Numbered from the stretch's first letter, positions 12,826 through 24,309 are shown. The stretch: DNA of 63,392 bases from Octopus bimaculoides (GCF_001194135.2 NC_068992.1:23180315-23243706); one strand, 5' to 3'. The notes: generated by a model not told the origin, from the sequence alone. Translations and numbers: made by a program.

Positions 12826-13480
12826 TGGCAATATACTACACTTTATCGTGCAGTTACTGTTAATACTTCATTTAGAGAATTAACATTGCTTGTTTTCACC
12901 TTTTCAATATCAGTGNNNNNNNNNNNNNNNNNNNNNNNNNNNNNNNNNNNNNNNNNNNNNNNNNNNNNNNNNNNNNNNNNNNNNNNNNNNNNNNNNNNNN
13001 NNNNNNNNNNNNNNNNNNNNNNNNNNNNNNNNNNNNNNNNNNNNNNNNNNNNNNNNNNNNNNNNNNNNNNNNNNNNNNNNNNNNNNNNNNNNNNNNNNNN
13101 NNNNNNNNNNNNNNNNNNNNNNNNNNNNNNNNNNNNNNNNNNNNNNNNNNNNNNNNNNNNNNNNNNNNNNNNNNNNNNNNNNNNNNNNNNNNNNNNNNNN
13201 NNNNNNNNNNNNNNNNNNNNNNNNNNNNNNNNNNNNNNNNNNNNNNNNNNNNNNNNNNNNNNNNNNNNNNNNNNNNNNNNNNNNNNNNNNNNNNNNNNNN
13301 NNNNNNNNNNNNNNNNNNNNNNNNNNNNNNNNNNNNNNNNNNNNNNNNNNNNNNNNNNNNNNNNNNNNNNNNNNNNNNNNNNNNNNNNNNNNNNNNNNNN
13401 NNNNNNNNNNNNNNNNNNNNNNNNNNATATATATGTATATATGTGTGTGTGTGTGTGTGTATGTGTGTGTGTGTGTATAC

Positions 13481-13684
13481 GTATGTCTGTATTTGTCCCC
13501 ACCATCGCATAACTGATGTTGGTGTGTCTATGTCCCCCGTAACTTAACGGTTCAGTGATAGATACCGATAGAATAAATACTAGGCTTATAAAGAATGAGT
13601 CCTGGGGTTCGATTTGTTCGACTAAAGGCTTTAGTCCAGCACGGGCGCAGTGAAATGACTGAAACAAGTAAAGAATAAAAGAAT
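13481..13684 (+). mobile_element. SINE family A, 3' half (5' half probably in the gap)
   Basis: TTTGTCCCCCACCATCGC...CCCGTAACTTAACGGTTC...TCCTGGGGTTCGATTTGTTCGACTAAAGG...GACTGAAACAAGTAAAGAATAAAAG. Confidence 0.9.
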
Positions 13685-13719
13685 ATATATAAGTAGATAA
13701 ATGGATAGATAGATATAGT

Positions 13720-13765
<46 letters not shown>

Positions 13766-14189
13766 GAAAAAGACGGATAGATGTACAACGCACATACGCA
13801 TGCACCCACGTAAATGTATATATATTTGAGATGTTGAAATTACATGCGAAGTTTTATTTCACAACTTATATTTTGATTTATCTATCTGTCATTCTGTCTT
13901 TCTATATATGTATGTATCTACCTATGTATCTGTCTGTCTTTCAGTCTGTCACTGTGGATGTACGCGCGCGCGCCTTCCACGTGTGTGTGACTGTGAGCGT
14001 GTGTGTGTGTGTGTGTGTGTCTGTGTGTATCTGTGTTTGTGTGTGTGCGTTGGTCCGCTCTCTCCGCATGCGCGTGTGTATCATAATAAAATATATTGCG
14101 TTAACTCATAGGAGTAATTATGCTAAGGAGGTCTGAAAGGTGGACTTGGATATTGTTTTTGCAGATAGGATTTAAAAAAGAAATATTTT

Positions 14190-14397
14190 CTGCTCTTGGC
14201 ACAAAGCCCAAAATTTTACAGGAGGAGGCAGTCCATTAGATTGACACCAGTACGCAACTGGTACTTAAGTTATCGACCCCTGAAAGGATAAAAAGGAGAA
14301 GTTGACCTCGGCTGAATTTGAACTCAGAGAGTTAAGACAGTTGAAATACCGAGAAGCATTTCGCCCGGATTGCTAACGATTCTGCCAGCTCGCTATC
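14190..14397 (-). mobile_element. SINE family B
   Basis: Reverse complement gives GCGAGCTGGCAGAATCGTTAGCAATCCGGGCGAAATGC...TCTGAGTTCAAATTCAGCCGAGGTCAAC...GGGTCGATAACTTAAGTACCAGTTG. Confidence 0.9.
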
Positions 14398-14599
14398 TTA
14401 AGTGTTAACAATGTTAACATTAACATTATCCTTACTCTATTTTCAAAATATTGTCCCGACATACATGTTCTATGACAGCTTCTGCCTACAACCTTAGCCG
14501 CGACTTCTACTACATGTGAAACCATGCCCACCACTACAACTACAATCACTACTACTGCTGTCATGCCTCGGTTACTAATACAACGATAAGAACTGCTGT

Positions 14600-14600
14600 A

Positions 14601-14641
<41 letters not shown>

Positions 14642-14655
14642 CACTACTACTACTC
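14600..14655. repeat. (CTA)n microsatellite
   Basis: Direct reading. Similar tracts at 8252-8290 and 24752-24826. Confidence 0.95.
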
Positions 14656-14901
14656 AAAATCGCTCTGGCCAGAGAGCCACAACCTACATTTCCCGAGCCA
14701 TTCTTCTGTTCGAAAACTGTGACTGAAAGACGAGATAATGAAGAGGAGAAAGAAAGAGTATGTACAAGACAGCTGATAACAATGTTCAGTGGTTATTGGC
14801 CAGCTATGAGCTCTCAACCAGAACAAATGACCTATGCCGACAAAAAAAAAAAAAAAACACAAAAAATAAAGAAACAACAAAAGAATTATCCCAAGCGAAA
14901 T

Positions 14902-15359
14902 ATTTCTTTTACTTGTTTCAGTCATTTCACTATGGCCATGCTGGGGCACCGCCTTGAAGAATGCTAATCGAAGAAATTGATCCCGGGACTCACGTTTTAA
15001 TGCCTGGTACTTATTCTAGCGGGGTCTTTTACTGACGGTTAAGTTACGGGAACCGGTTGTCTAGCGGTGAAGGGAAGGGGACACACACACACACACACAC
15101 ACACCCACACACACACGCACACACACACACACAAACGCACAGACAAACAGACAGACAGACACACACACACACACTCACGACACACACACGCACGCACACA
15201 CACATACAAGCACACACACGCATCACACACTCACATACGACAGACCTCTTTCAGTTTCCGTCTACCAAATCCAATCACAAGGCTATAGTCGGCCAGAAGC
15301 TATAGTACAAGATACTAGCCCAAGGTCACACGCAGTGGGAATGAACCCGGAACCATGTG
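14902..15359 (-). mobile_element. SINE family A, near complete, internal (CA)n, 5'-truncated
   Basis: Both halves match the 45851 copy and are separated by a CA microsatellite (15080-15235). Confidence 0.85.
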
Positions 15360-15569
15360 GCATATATATTAAAGAAAAACACAAACAAAAATTGGATAAA
15401 CTGCTGATGACGGTCCCAGACCGGGATACACTCAGGATAGATCAGCTGCTACAAGCTGATTTATAAACAACTCCAGCCATAATGCGACAACAAACCCGAA
15501 AGAAAATAAATTAATAAATTAATGGAAACCTAGAACAAAAGAAAAGGAATAAAAGTATTTGGTATTATA

Positions 15570-16021
15570 TATAACTCTTCCTCCTTGACTCTCTCGTCGC
15601 TGACACGTGACGAAAGGGTATATATCTTTCTATCCATTTCCTTCCTAAAGAAAAGACGTGCCTCGCCTGTCTCCTCTCTTGGCTCGCTCTCCCTACGTTC
15701 ATAATAATTTTTCCATCGTCTTGGCTCAACAGCCCTCACGATTTGTTTTTACTGTCTTGTTTTCACTGTCCTGTTCTTGTTAACACTTTCACCCTCTGCA
15801 AGAAATCGCAAATTTTATTTAATTTGCTTTGCGGGAAGGACTGTTTCAACGAATTCGCGTATTGTCCTTACCTTCGAAACGCGGAGTAGATGAAACAGGG
15901 ACAACTGAAGAAGGGGTATACTCTTTATGTTGCATGTCTCGTTTCTCTGTTTGCTTTTTTGGTTGTCGAAAAAATTTCGTTTTCTATGTTTTCGTTTTTA
16001 TGTTTTCGTTTCTCATTGCGT
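15570..16021 (+). repeat. Interspersed repeat family D (same family as the 39.4-40.3 kb foldback)
   Basis: Shares colinear blocks with the reverse complement of 39370-39930: AAGACGTG, CAGCCCT, TTCACTGTCCTGTT, ACCCTCTGCAA, AATTTGCTTT, CAACTGA, TCTTTATGT. Confidence 0.7.
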
Positions 16022-17579
16022 NNNNNNNNNNNNNNNNNNNNNNNNNNNNNNNNNNNNNNNNNNNNNNNNNNNNNNNNNNNNNNNNNNNNNNNNNNNNNNN
16101 NNNNNNNNNNNNNNNNNNNATATATATATATATATATACATACATGTATACCTTGACCACCTTAGAACACGATTTTGTGATTATTATAATGAATACATTA
16201 CTCCCACTTAAAGTTAGTACATATAAAAATGTAGTGTACCAACAGTAAAACAACCTTTATTGTATTTTGCTTAATAGTTGGTATTGGTTATGAATTCATT
16301 ATAAAAGAAACATTTTTGCTTTATGTATTATTTTCTCTGTCGCATCACAAAAAGATCATGCTACCTAAAGTCATTAGTGTCTATTTGCTTGCTCTAAAAT
16401 CTGCATCTACATGCAGGCATTTGAAGGTTGTTTTCTAAAAGACACTATCATGTGTTCTCAGGTTGTATATTCAAATGTCAAAAAGCTATTATTCCTAAAT
16501 ATTCATTGCCTGTTTCAGTTTCATTCTTAAAAATATTTGTCTATTAACGTTGCATAACTTTTTCCGTGCCAAAAGTCTTTCTATGCATTATTAAAACCGA
16601 AAACTATGCATTCATGAATTGATTTACTCAAACATTTATTTAATTATTTGGACAGTCCGTACTACTTGGTAATTTTAATGCTTTTCTTTTTATGTTCTTT
16701 AAAGTGCAATATAGATTTCAAGCGTTTCAAATATATTGCAAGTACCGTCTGCTTACCATTAATTTCAGGAAGCTAACTTGACCTTTCAGTGGCTTATTTA
16801 AATATGAAATTTTGTTTATAAATGAGATCGTATCTCCTGTTATTTCAGGATGTTTATAGGCAAGATTGTCAACCATGTTGCTTGAGGTTAGTTTGAAAGT
16901 GTACAAAAACTGGCAATTCTGTCTCAATAAATATGTTTCTTGTCAGGAAAAAGATGCGACTGAGTGCATAATACATTATTCTGTATTTTCTAATTTGAAA
17001 CGTCTATAAGCATTTAATTCCAGAGTAAGTAATATGATGTACAAAATAATAGGAAGCACACTTGTGATTGCAACAACATCTTGAAGAACATATTTCGTGA
17101 ATCACAATCAACTTTTTAAAATATGATCCATCATATTTCATTCGGGGAGCAGCATAGCAACACATTCCATTACAGAGAATACAGACTCAAATTATATTCA
17201 GAAAATATCAGACTAAGACAATTATTTCCATAATTAAAAATCTCATTAAAAGATATTCCAAAAAGTAATACTGAGCCATATATATGCATGAAATTACAAA
17301 TATGTGGCTTCGACAAAGCAAATACAATTAATAAAATACATATAACTGTCTAAAGTGCATGTCTATTAGATGTTGACCAGGTAGTCTCCGTATTGTGTCT
17401 CACCAAATTAGAAAACACTGCTGATCTCCCTCACACACCATCCTAGCGTTTTAGAAATAAACTCGCGGGACACTGAAATGATTGGAGAAAATATCAGAAA
17501 CTCAAATCTGAAACATATTTGACAAGAGACGGATTGCCCTTAGCAACAAATATGACTTTTTGATTGGAGAGAGATATAG

Positions 17580-17613
<34 letters not shown>

Positions 17614-18055
17614 NNNNNNNNNNNNNNNNNNNNNNNNNNNNNNNNNNNNNNNNNNNNNNNNNNNNNNNNNNNNNNNNNNNNNNNNNNNNNNNNNNNNNNN
17701 NNNNNNNNNNNNNNNNNNNNNNNNNNNNNNNNNNNNNNNNNNNNNNNNNNNNNNNNNNNNNNNNNNNNNNNNNNNNNNNNNNNNNNNNNNNNNNNNNNNN
17801 NNNNNNNNNNNNNNNNNNNNNNNNNNNNNNNNNNNNNNNNNNNNNNNNNNNNNNNNNNNNNNNNNNNNNNNNNNNNNNNNNNNNNNNNNNNNNNNNNNNN
17901 NNNNNNNNNNNNNNNNNNNNNNNNNNNNNNNNNNNNNNNNNNNNNNNNNNNNNNNNNNNNNNNNNNNNNNNNNNNNNNNNNNNNNNNNNNNNNNNNNNNN
18001 NNNNNNNNNNNNNNNNNNNNNNNNNNNNNNNNNNNNNNNNNNNNNNNNNNNNNNN

Positions 18056-19467
18056 GGTAAAGAGTGTGATGTGCTGAAAACAGAGAGAACAGTACTTGAA
18101 GTGTAGTTTCATTCCAGCGGTAAATATCCGTGTAGAAATCCCTGCAAAGTAATCCATGTGTGGAAAATCCGGAAATTTATGTTGGAGCGAAAGTTGATAT
18201 AGCATAGATACCAGAGGTACATATATTCTATATTGCGATGGATTTTTGCTTGTTTACTTGAAGAATGGCCAAGTCAAGTGAAAAGTGAGCGGTAATTAGG
18301 TCAAGTCATGAAGACAGAATGTGAAAGGGGATAGAGGAGAGATAGAGGCGGAGGATGGTAGCGATATATTTACGGTCAGTTGGTCTTAACAGGGTAGAGG
18401 GATGAGCATATAGAGTGAAGGAGGAATAGGGGGATGCGGTTAAAAGGTCTAGTGAGTAGGAAGGAATGCGTGTGTGTAGTATATAGGTGGTGGGGTATGA
18501 GTGATAAACCAAAGACAGGGATAAAGGGCAGGGATGGGTAGGAATGGTAGTTAGTAGTATCATATTTCAGGATGCTGCCAAGCCTATTTATAGACGGTGG
18601 AAAGGGATTGAAAGAAGTGACGTAGTCTGTATACGTAGGTGGTGATCTTGTGAATTTGAGAATAGAAGAAATAGATTTTGTGGTATATGTGTGGTGAGAT
18701 GATCGAAAGGAAATAATCCTATTCAAAAGATGGTGAAAGATGGATGTTTTTGCCAGGTTGAATAGGTTTCCTGTAGGGGGTTGTGTGATTATGTTGCGTG
18801 ATCGTTTGTGCAATTTTGCTTGTGATAGAACCTAAATGTGTGAAAATAGCGGTGGTTGCAGTTGCTAAACGCTTCGTTATATCGATTAAGTAGAGTGGGA
18901 GAATTGTATTTTAAAATATGGAACGCCTCCGTTAGCCAAAGCTTGCAATTGCAGCGCTGGCCCTAGTATGGAGTTCCAGAATCTAAGATGGACCATTTTA
19001 AGGTGTATTGGGTATTTTTGTTTTTGAGGTGATGAATATGATTGGCTAATGTTGTCGGTTTACTGTGTTTGTCGTATCTAAAAGAGTGCATATGGGCCGC
19101 GTAGCGATGTTTAAAGTTTATAGTTGCACCAATGTACGTGGCAGTAGAGTTATGTAATATATTTTTCACGGTGCATTTATATATTACATTGTATCTTACC
19201 AAATGTGTTTGAAGTGGACAGATAGTCCCGGAGCGACAGTTACACGTGTAGGAGGCTAGAGGGTTGCGTATGCTTGTGGTTGAGTTATTATTATTGGAGG
19301 ATATGTTATTAGGGGATGTGTAGGAATCTAGATCAGAGGAATTATTGTTATGGCTATTTGTCCTATCAGTGCTATTATTGGTATTGTTATTGTCTAGAAT
19401 ATTGCTGGGTTGGGATCCATTGTGGTTTTGTTCCAGTTAGTGTTAGAAGAACGTATATTGATGTCCG
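18056..19467 (-). mobile_element. Penelope-like element, inverted left arm (5'-truncated; GIY-YIG pseudogene plus 3' region)
   Basis: Reverse complement of 19613-21103. Translation NVIYKC...TYIGATINFKHRYAAH ends at a premature TAG (18963-18965); there is a 10-bp deletion near the junction. The distal end runs into the gap at 17614-18055. Confidence 0.9.
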
Positions 19468-19470
19468 TGT

Positions 19471-20301
19471 TTAAAATTATCGTATTGTACCACTCCTAAC
19501 TCTGAATCTATTATAGCAGCTTCTAACAAACATAAACTCTCGCTCTATTACCAAAACCTAAGCAACCGTAACTATGCTAACACCAGCACCCGACCCACAC
19601 ATACACCCAACGCGGACATCAATATACGTTCTTCTAACACTAACGCTCGTACACTGGAACAAAACCACAATGGATCCCAACCCATTAATATTCTAGACAA
19701 TAACAATACCAATAATAACACTGATAGGACTAATAGCCATAACAATAATTCCACTGATCTAGATTCCTACACATCCCCTAATAACATATCCTCCAATAAT
19801 AATAACTCAACCACAAGCATACGCAACCCTCTAGCCTCCTACACTTGTAACTGTCGCTCCGGGACTATCTGTCCGCTTCAAACACATTGCGTAAGATACA
19901 ATGTAATATATAAATGCGCCGTCAAAAATCTATTACATAACTCTACTGCCACGTACATTGGTACAACAATAAACTTTAAACATCGCTACGCAGCCCACAT
20001 GCACTCTTTTAGATGCGACAAACACAGCAAATCTACAACATTAGCCAATCATATTCATCACCTCAAAAACAAAAATACCCAATACACCTTAAAATGGTCC
20101 ATCTTAGATTCTGGAACTCCATACCAGGGCCAGCGCTGCAATTGCAAGCTTTGGCTAACGGAGGCGTTCCATATTTTAAAATACAATTCTCCCACTCTAC
20201 TTAATCGATATAACGAAGCGTTTAGCAACTGCAACCACCGCTATTTTCACACATCTAGGTTCTATCACAAGCAAAATTGCACAAACGGTCACGCAACATA
20301 A
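19471..20301 (+). CDS. Partial (no start codon) PLE polyprotein C-terminus: linker, Zn-knuckle and GIY-YIG endonuclease, 276 aa
   Basis: Hand translation is stop-free: LKLSYCTTPNSESIIAASNKHKL-[N/T/S-rich ~102 aa]-CNCRSGTICPLQTHCVRYNVIYKCAVKNLLHNSTATYIGTTINFKHRYAAHMHSF...KWSIL...CNCKLWLTEAFHI...LLNRYNEAFSNCNH. VIY is at 19903-19911 and YIG at 19954-19962. The supplied ORF 19999-20301 is its tail. Confidence 0.85.
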   Translation, partial: LKLSYCTTPNSESIIAASNKHKLSLYYQNLSNRNYANTSTRPTHTPNADINIRSSNTNARTLEQNHNGSQPINILDNNNTNNNTDRTNSHNNNSTDLDSYTSPNNISSNNNNSTTSIRNPLASYTCNCRSGTICPLQTHCVRYNVIYKCAVKNLLHNSTATYIGTTINFKHRYAAHMHSFRCDKHSKSTTLANHIHHLKNKNTQYTLKWSILDSGTPYQGQRCNCKLWLTEAFHILKYNSPTLLNRYNEAFSNCNHRYFHTSRFYHKQNCTNGHAT

Positions 20302-21160
20302 CCACAGAACCCCCCACAGACAACCTATTCAACCTGGCAAAAACATCCATCTTTCACCATCTTTTGAATAGGATTATTTCCTTTCGATCATCTCACCACA
20401 CATATACCACAAAATCTATTTCTTCTATTCTCAAATTCACAAGATCACCACCTACGCATACAGACTACGTCACTTCTTTCAATCCCTCTCCACCGCCTAT
20501 AAATAGGCTTGGCAGCATCCTGAAATATGATATTACTAACTACCTTTCCCACCCATCCCTTCCCTTTATCTCTGTCCTTGGTTTATCACTCATACCCCCA
20601 CCACAGACGCATTCCTTCCTACTCACTAGACCTTTTAACCGCATCCCCCTATTCCAACTTCACTCTATATGCTCATCCCCTCTACCCTGTTAAGACCAAC
20701 TGACCGTAAATATATCGCTACCATCCTCCGCCTCTATCTCTCCTCTATCCCCTTTCACATTCTGTCTTCATGACTTGACCTAATTACCGCTCACTTTTCA
20801 CTTGACTTGGCCATTCTTCAAGTAAACAAGCAAAAATCCATCNNNNNNNNNNCTTGACCTAATTACCGCTCACTTTTCACTTGACTTGGCCATTCTTCAA
20901 GTAAACAAGCAAAAATCCATCGCAATATGGAATATATGTATCTCTGCTATCTATGCTATATCAACTTTCGCTCCAACATAAATTTCCGGATTTTCCACAC
21001 ATGGATTACTTTGCAGGGATTTCTACACGGATATTTTGCCACTGGAATGAAACTACACTTCAAGTACTGTTATCTCTTTTTTCAGCACGTCACACTCTTT
21101 ACCACTTCATACTAAAAATATCCGCCTATGGATATAATAATAGATTACTTTATTTTTTCT

Positions 21161-21209
21161 GTCTCCGATGAAGGGAAGTACTGGATTTTCCCAGAAACAG
21201 CTGTAAGAC
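21161..21209 (+). ncRNA. Minimal type-I hammerhead ribozyme motif (variant core)
   Basis: Stem I GTCT/AGAC; core CCGATGA (canonical CUGANGA); stem II GGGAA/TTCCC with an A.A closing mismatch; GAAA; palindromic stem III CAGCTG; cleavage triplet GTA (21203-21205). It sits at the 3' end of a PLE, where such motifs are known to occur. Confidence 0.75.
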
Positions 21210-23391
21210 TCTATCCATAAGATGCTTCTCCAACCTTACCTTTGCTCTCTTTANNNNNNNNNNNNNNNNNNNNNNNNNNNNNNNNNNNNNNNNNNNNNNN
21301 NNNNNNNNNNNNNNNNNNNNNNNNATATATATATATTTATATATATATGTATATGTGTTTCACACACACATACACACACATATTTACGTTTACATATAGG
21401 TACACAATTATCTGTAAATTAATGAAACAAACCGGTCCTTGATTAACAATTGTGGTTGACCATTTAAAGGCGTCAGACACACTACCTCAAGGATTCAAAG
21501 AACCATAACGTTGTAACTCGCATAGAAACTAAAATATACATCTTAGTTCAAGTTGATCCGACGACAAACTATTTTTGATAGACATTCATCTCAACAGAAA
21601 ACTCATGCAGTTAGTACTAGCTTCTATAATATATAATATACTCATATAAGGATATCTTTGACTTGGTCTTTCTAATTGGTCTAATTGTTCAGAGAACGAC
21701 TGTAATTGAATATTTTAAATTGCATTTCAAAATATTTCTATTAAGTCGGTGAACTTACCTGAATACATATCTAAGCTCAGGCAGTAGCAAAAATATCCAC
21801 CAACCATCAAGATTATCGACAATAATATCAAAAGGCCATTTAAATAAAAGGATGTACTGTTTACTGATTTCGGAAGAACAGAATTATCCTATTGTATACC
21901 TTTGCAAAAATATTGTACGCACTCATAATTAAAACATATACACACATAAACATTGGCACAATCACATATACACTTTAAATTACATATATGTTAGATTGTT
22001 TACAAACAATACCACATTACACATTCGTTGAAAAAGTTATACCTTTACTACAAAATTAGATAAGTTCATGTATATCTAAATACCGTAAAATTCTATAAAA
22101 ATGGTATTCATACGTGACGTAGTTAAAGCACTGAAGATAATTCTATAAACACAGCATATATCTGATTAATTTAGGCAAGTTTAGAATTAGGAAGAACTAT
22201 AATAGAATTAAATAAACAAAAAAGGAAAGGACATCAACCACTATAAGACATATGTGTATGTATCAACACGCGTTGTTCATACACACACATGTGTCTGCAC
22301 ACAAGCATATACAAAAGTTTAAACAGATGTATGAGTTAATACTGCTTTACATTTGTTTGATTTATAAACATACAATTTATATTCGCTTCTGTGTAGTAGA
22401 TACAAACACACAACACGTATACGCACACACGTACGTACCACACACACACGAGTGTATATTTATATGTATGTGTATATATGTATATGTATATATATTCTAT
22501 ACATCTCCGTATGTGTTTGTGTTTACATATGCACATCAATACAGTCATATACATTTACATGTATGTATGTAAGTGTATGACTATTTGATTGCCCTATAGA
22601 TTCTTATTGAACTTCATTATAACACAACTTGCATCTCAAGATGTCTGTCTTAATCTATTAGCGTTCTGCGTTTAGAGATTTGTCAATGAAAGTTTGCTGC
22701 GCAAATGTGTCCGCATAGTTCTCTTTGAAAGAGAAATAGAAAATGTATGAGCATTAAACATTTTGTAGTGGATATATAGGTTCTTTCAGTAGAATTAAGT
22801 TTGGCGCTATATTTACGCATGTAATGTACGCATATAATAAATAAGCCTATGTGTGTGCACGTATGCGAATTGGTGCGTAGATATGTCTGGGTATATTTAC
22901 TGGTAAAATTTCCCGTTGGTTCCGAATTGGCCTTATTCTCTCCTATATGTTGTCCCTGGAACTCTAACTGACGCCACTCTGTGTTTATATAATTGAATCA
23001 CGTAAGTAAATTCCCACCTTGTTTTATTTTTCCTCATTAAGAAGAACGCTATTTATTACTCTTATTTCAGTATAAGCACTGACTTATTGCATAAGTATTA
23101 AAATAATTTTAACGAATTATTTCACCCTTAACTGGCATGCATACATAATACGTACATACATACATACATACATACATACATACATGCATGCATGCATACT
23201 TACATATATGCATACGTATGTGTACATACATATATATACATATATATTATATATATTAATTATATATATTTATATGTACATATATATATATATATATATA
23301 TATACGTGTATGCTGAACATATTAATATCCTTGTGTCTGTGTGTACACAAACGCACATACATATATATCCCTATCTATCTTTCTATTTATC

Positions 23392-23437
<46 letters not shown>

Positions 23438-24256
23438 CGTAAATACAAATGCACACCTATCTTTAATGTTTACTTACCGTATTCACCCACCTTTTAATGT
23501 ACTTACATGACTTATCTCTACAATATTAATCTTGCAAATTTTTGGAAATGTTTTTCGTCTAATGTAATCACTTGGATTGAAGTTGTTTTGTATAAGCTAT
23601 CCTCAAATAAATAAAAGACCATATTTTGTTCACGTCTCATCAAAATTGTCGATGATGTTAAACTACAAATGATAATGAGAGATATAAGTGAAATATAACA
23701 GACATTGCAAATGTTAATGACCAAAGCAATATAAATACAATGTTATTATCAGTTAGAATATGCTAAAAGTATGTTCGGACTTCTAAACAAGCAAATCATT
23801 GTTTTGTCATAGAGAACATTTCTCGCTGTACATATATGGCGTAAATACGCATAAATCAGTTCGCAGCGCCACCTATCCAGACTGCGAGTTGCAAGCATTT
23901 AGGAGTGGTTATCTCCTGTTCAGTCACAGAAATCGGAGCACTCATTTTGGAGTCATATTCACTGGCGAGTTACGGCAATCCATTTCCTTCCTTGTGGGGC
24001 CATCCATTCTTTGTGGTTGCAGAAGCTGGGTAATCATTGTCAATATGTATCGCGAATAAAAGCATTTGTGCACGAATGGTTCATACCGCCCGTACAAAGA
24101 CTATTAAAAAGCCACAGAAGGTAATGTTAAATCAAACTGACCGCTGCCATTACACTAAAGATTCAAGGAGGTAATTAGCTTTCTGCAATCCGTTAAAACA
24201 ACTAAAGTTCACCTCTCAGGGAGATGTACTTTCCGACGTTTCCCCCTCACCCATAC

Positions 24257-24309
24257 TTCGTTTACCTTCTATCTCATGTCTCCTGTATTACAAATAGAAG
24301 GTAAACGAA
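24257..24309. repeat. Perfect 16-bp inverted repeat with a 21-nt loop
   Basis: TTCGTTTACCTTCTAT (24257-24272) and ATAGAAGGTAAACGAA (24294-24309). Confidence 0.9.

Larger units (their letters stand above)
19468..21253 (+). mobile_element. Penelope-like element, right copy (5'-truncated, RT missing): endonuclease, 3' region and hammerhead
   Basis: Contains a GIY-YIG ORF with the PLE-type linker, a long C/T-rich 3' region and a hammerhead motif at 21161-21209. An inverted partial duplication lies upstream, a known PLE insertion architecture. Confidence 0.9.

Noticed and set aside
16849-16886. 38-nt AG/GT-bounded candidate exon (DVYRQDCQPCCL)
   Set aside because: The splice signals are plausible but common by chance, and no partner exons or homology were recognised.
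20277-20693. 138-145 aa ORF (MHKRSRNI...) open in both PLE arms
   Set aside because: It lies in C/T/A-rich 3' sequence that is poor in stop codons, has no recognisable domain, and most differences between the arms change amino acids. Sharing is explained by the duplication.
20774-20921. 69-bp direct repeat in the PLE 3' region
   Set aside because: The two copies sit on either side of a 10-N gap, and the left arm has only one copy. This is an unmerged contig overlap.
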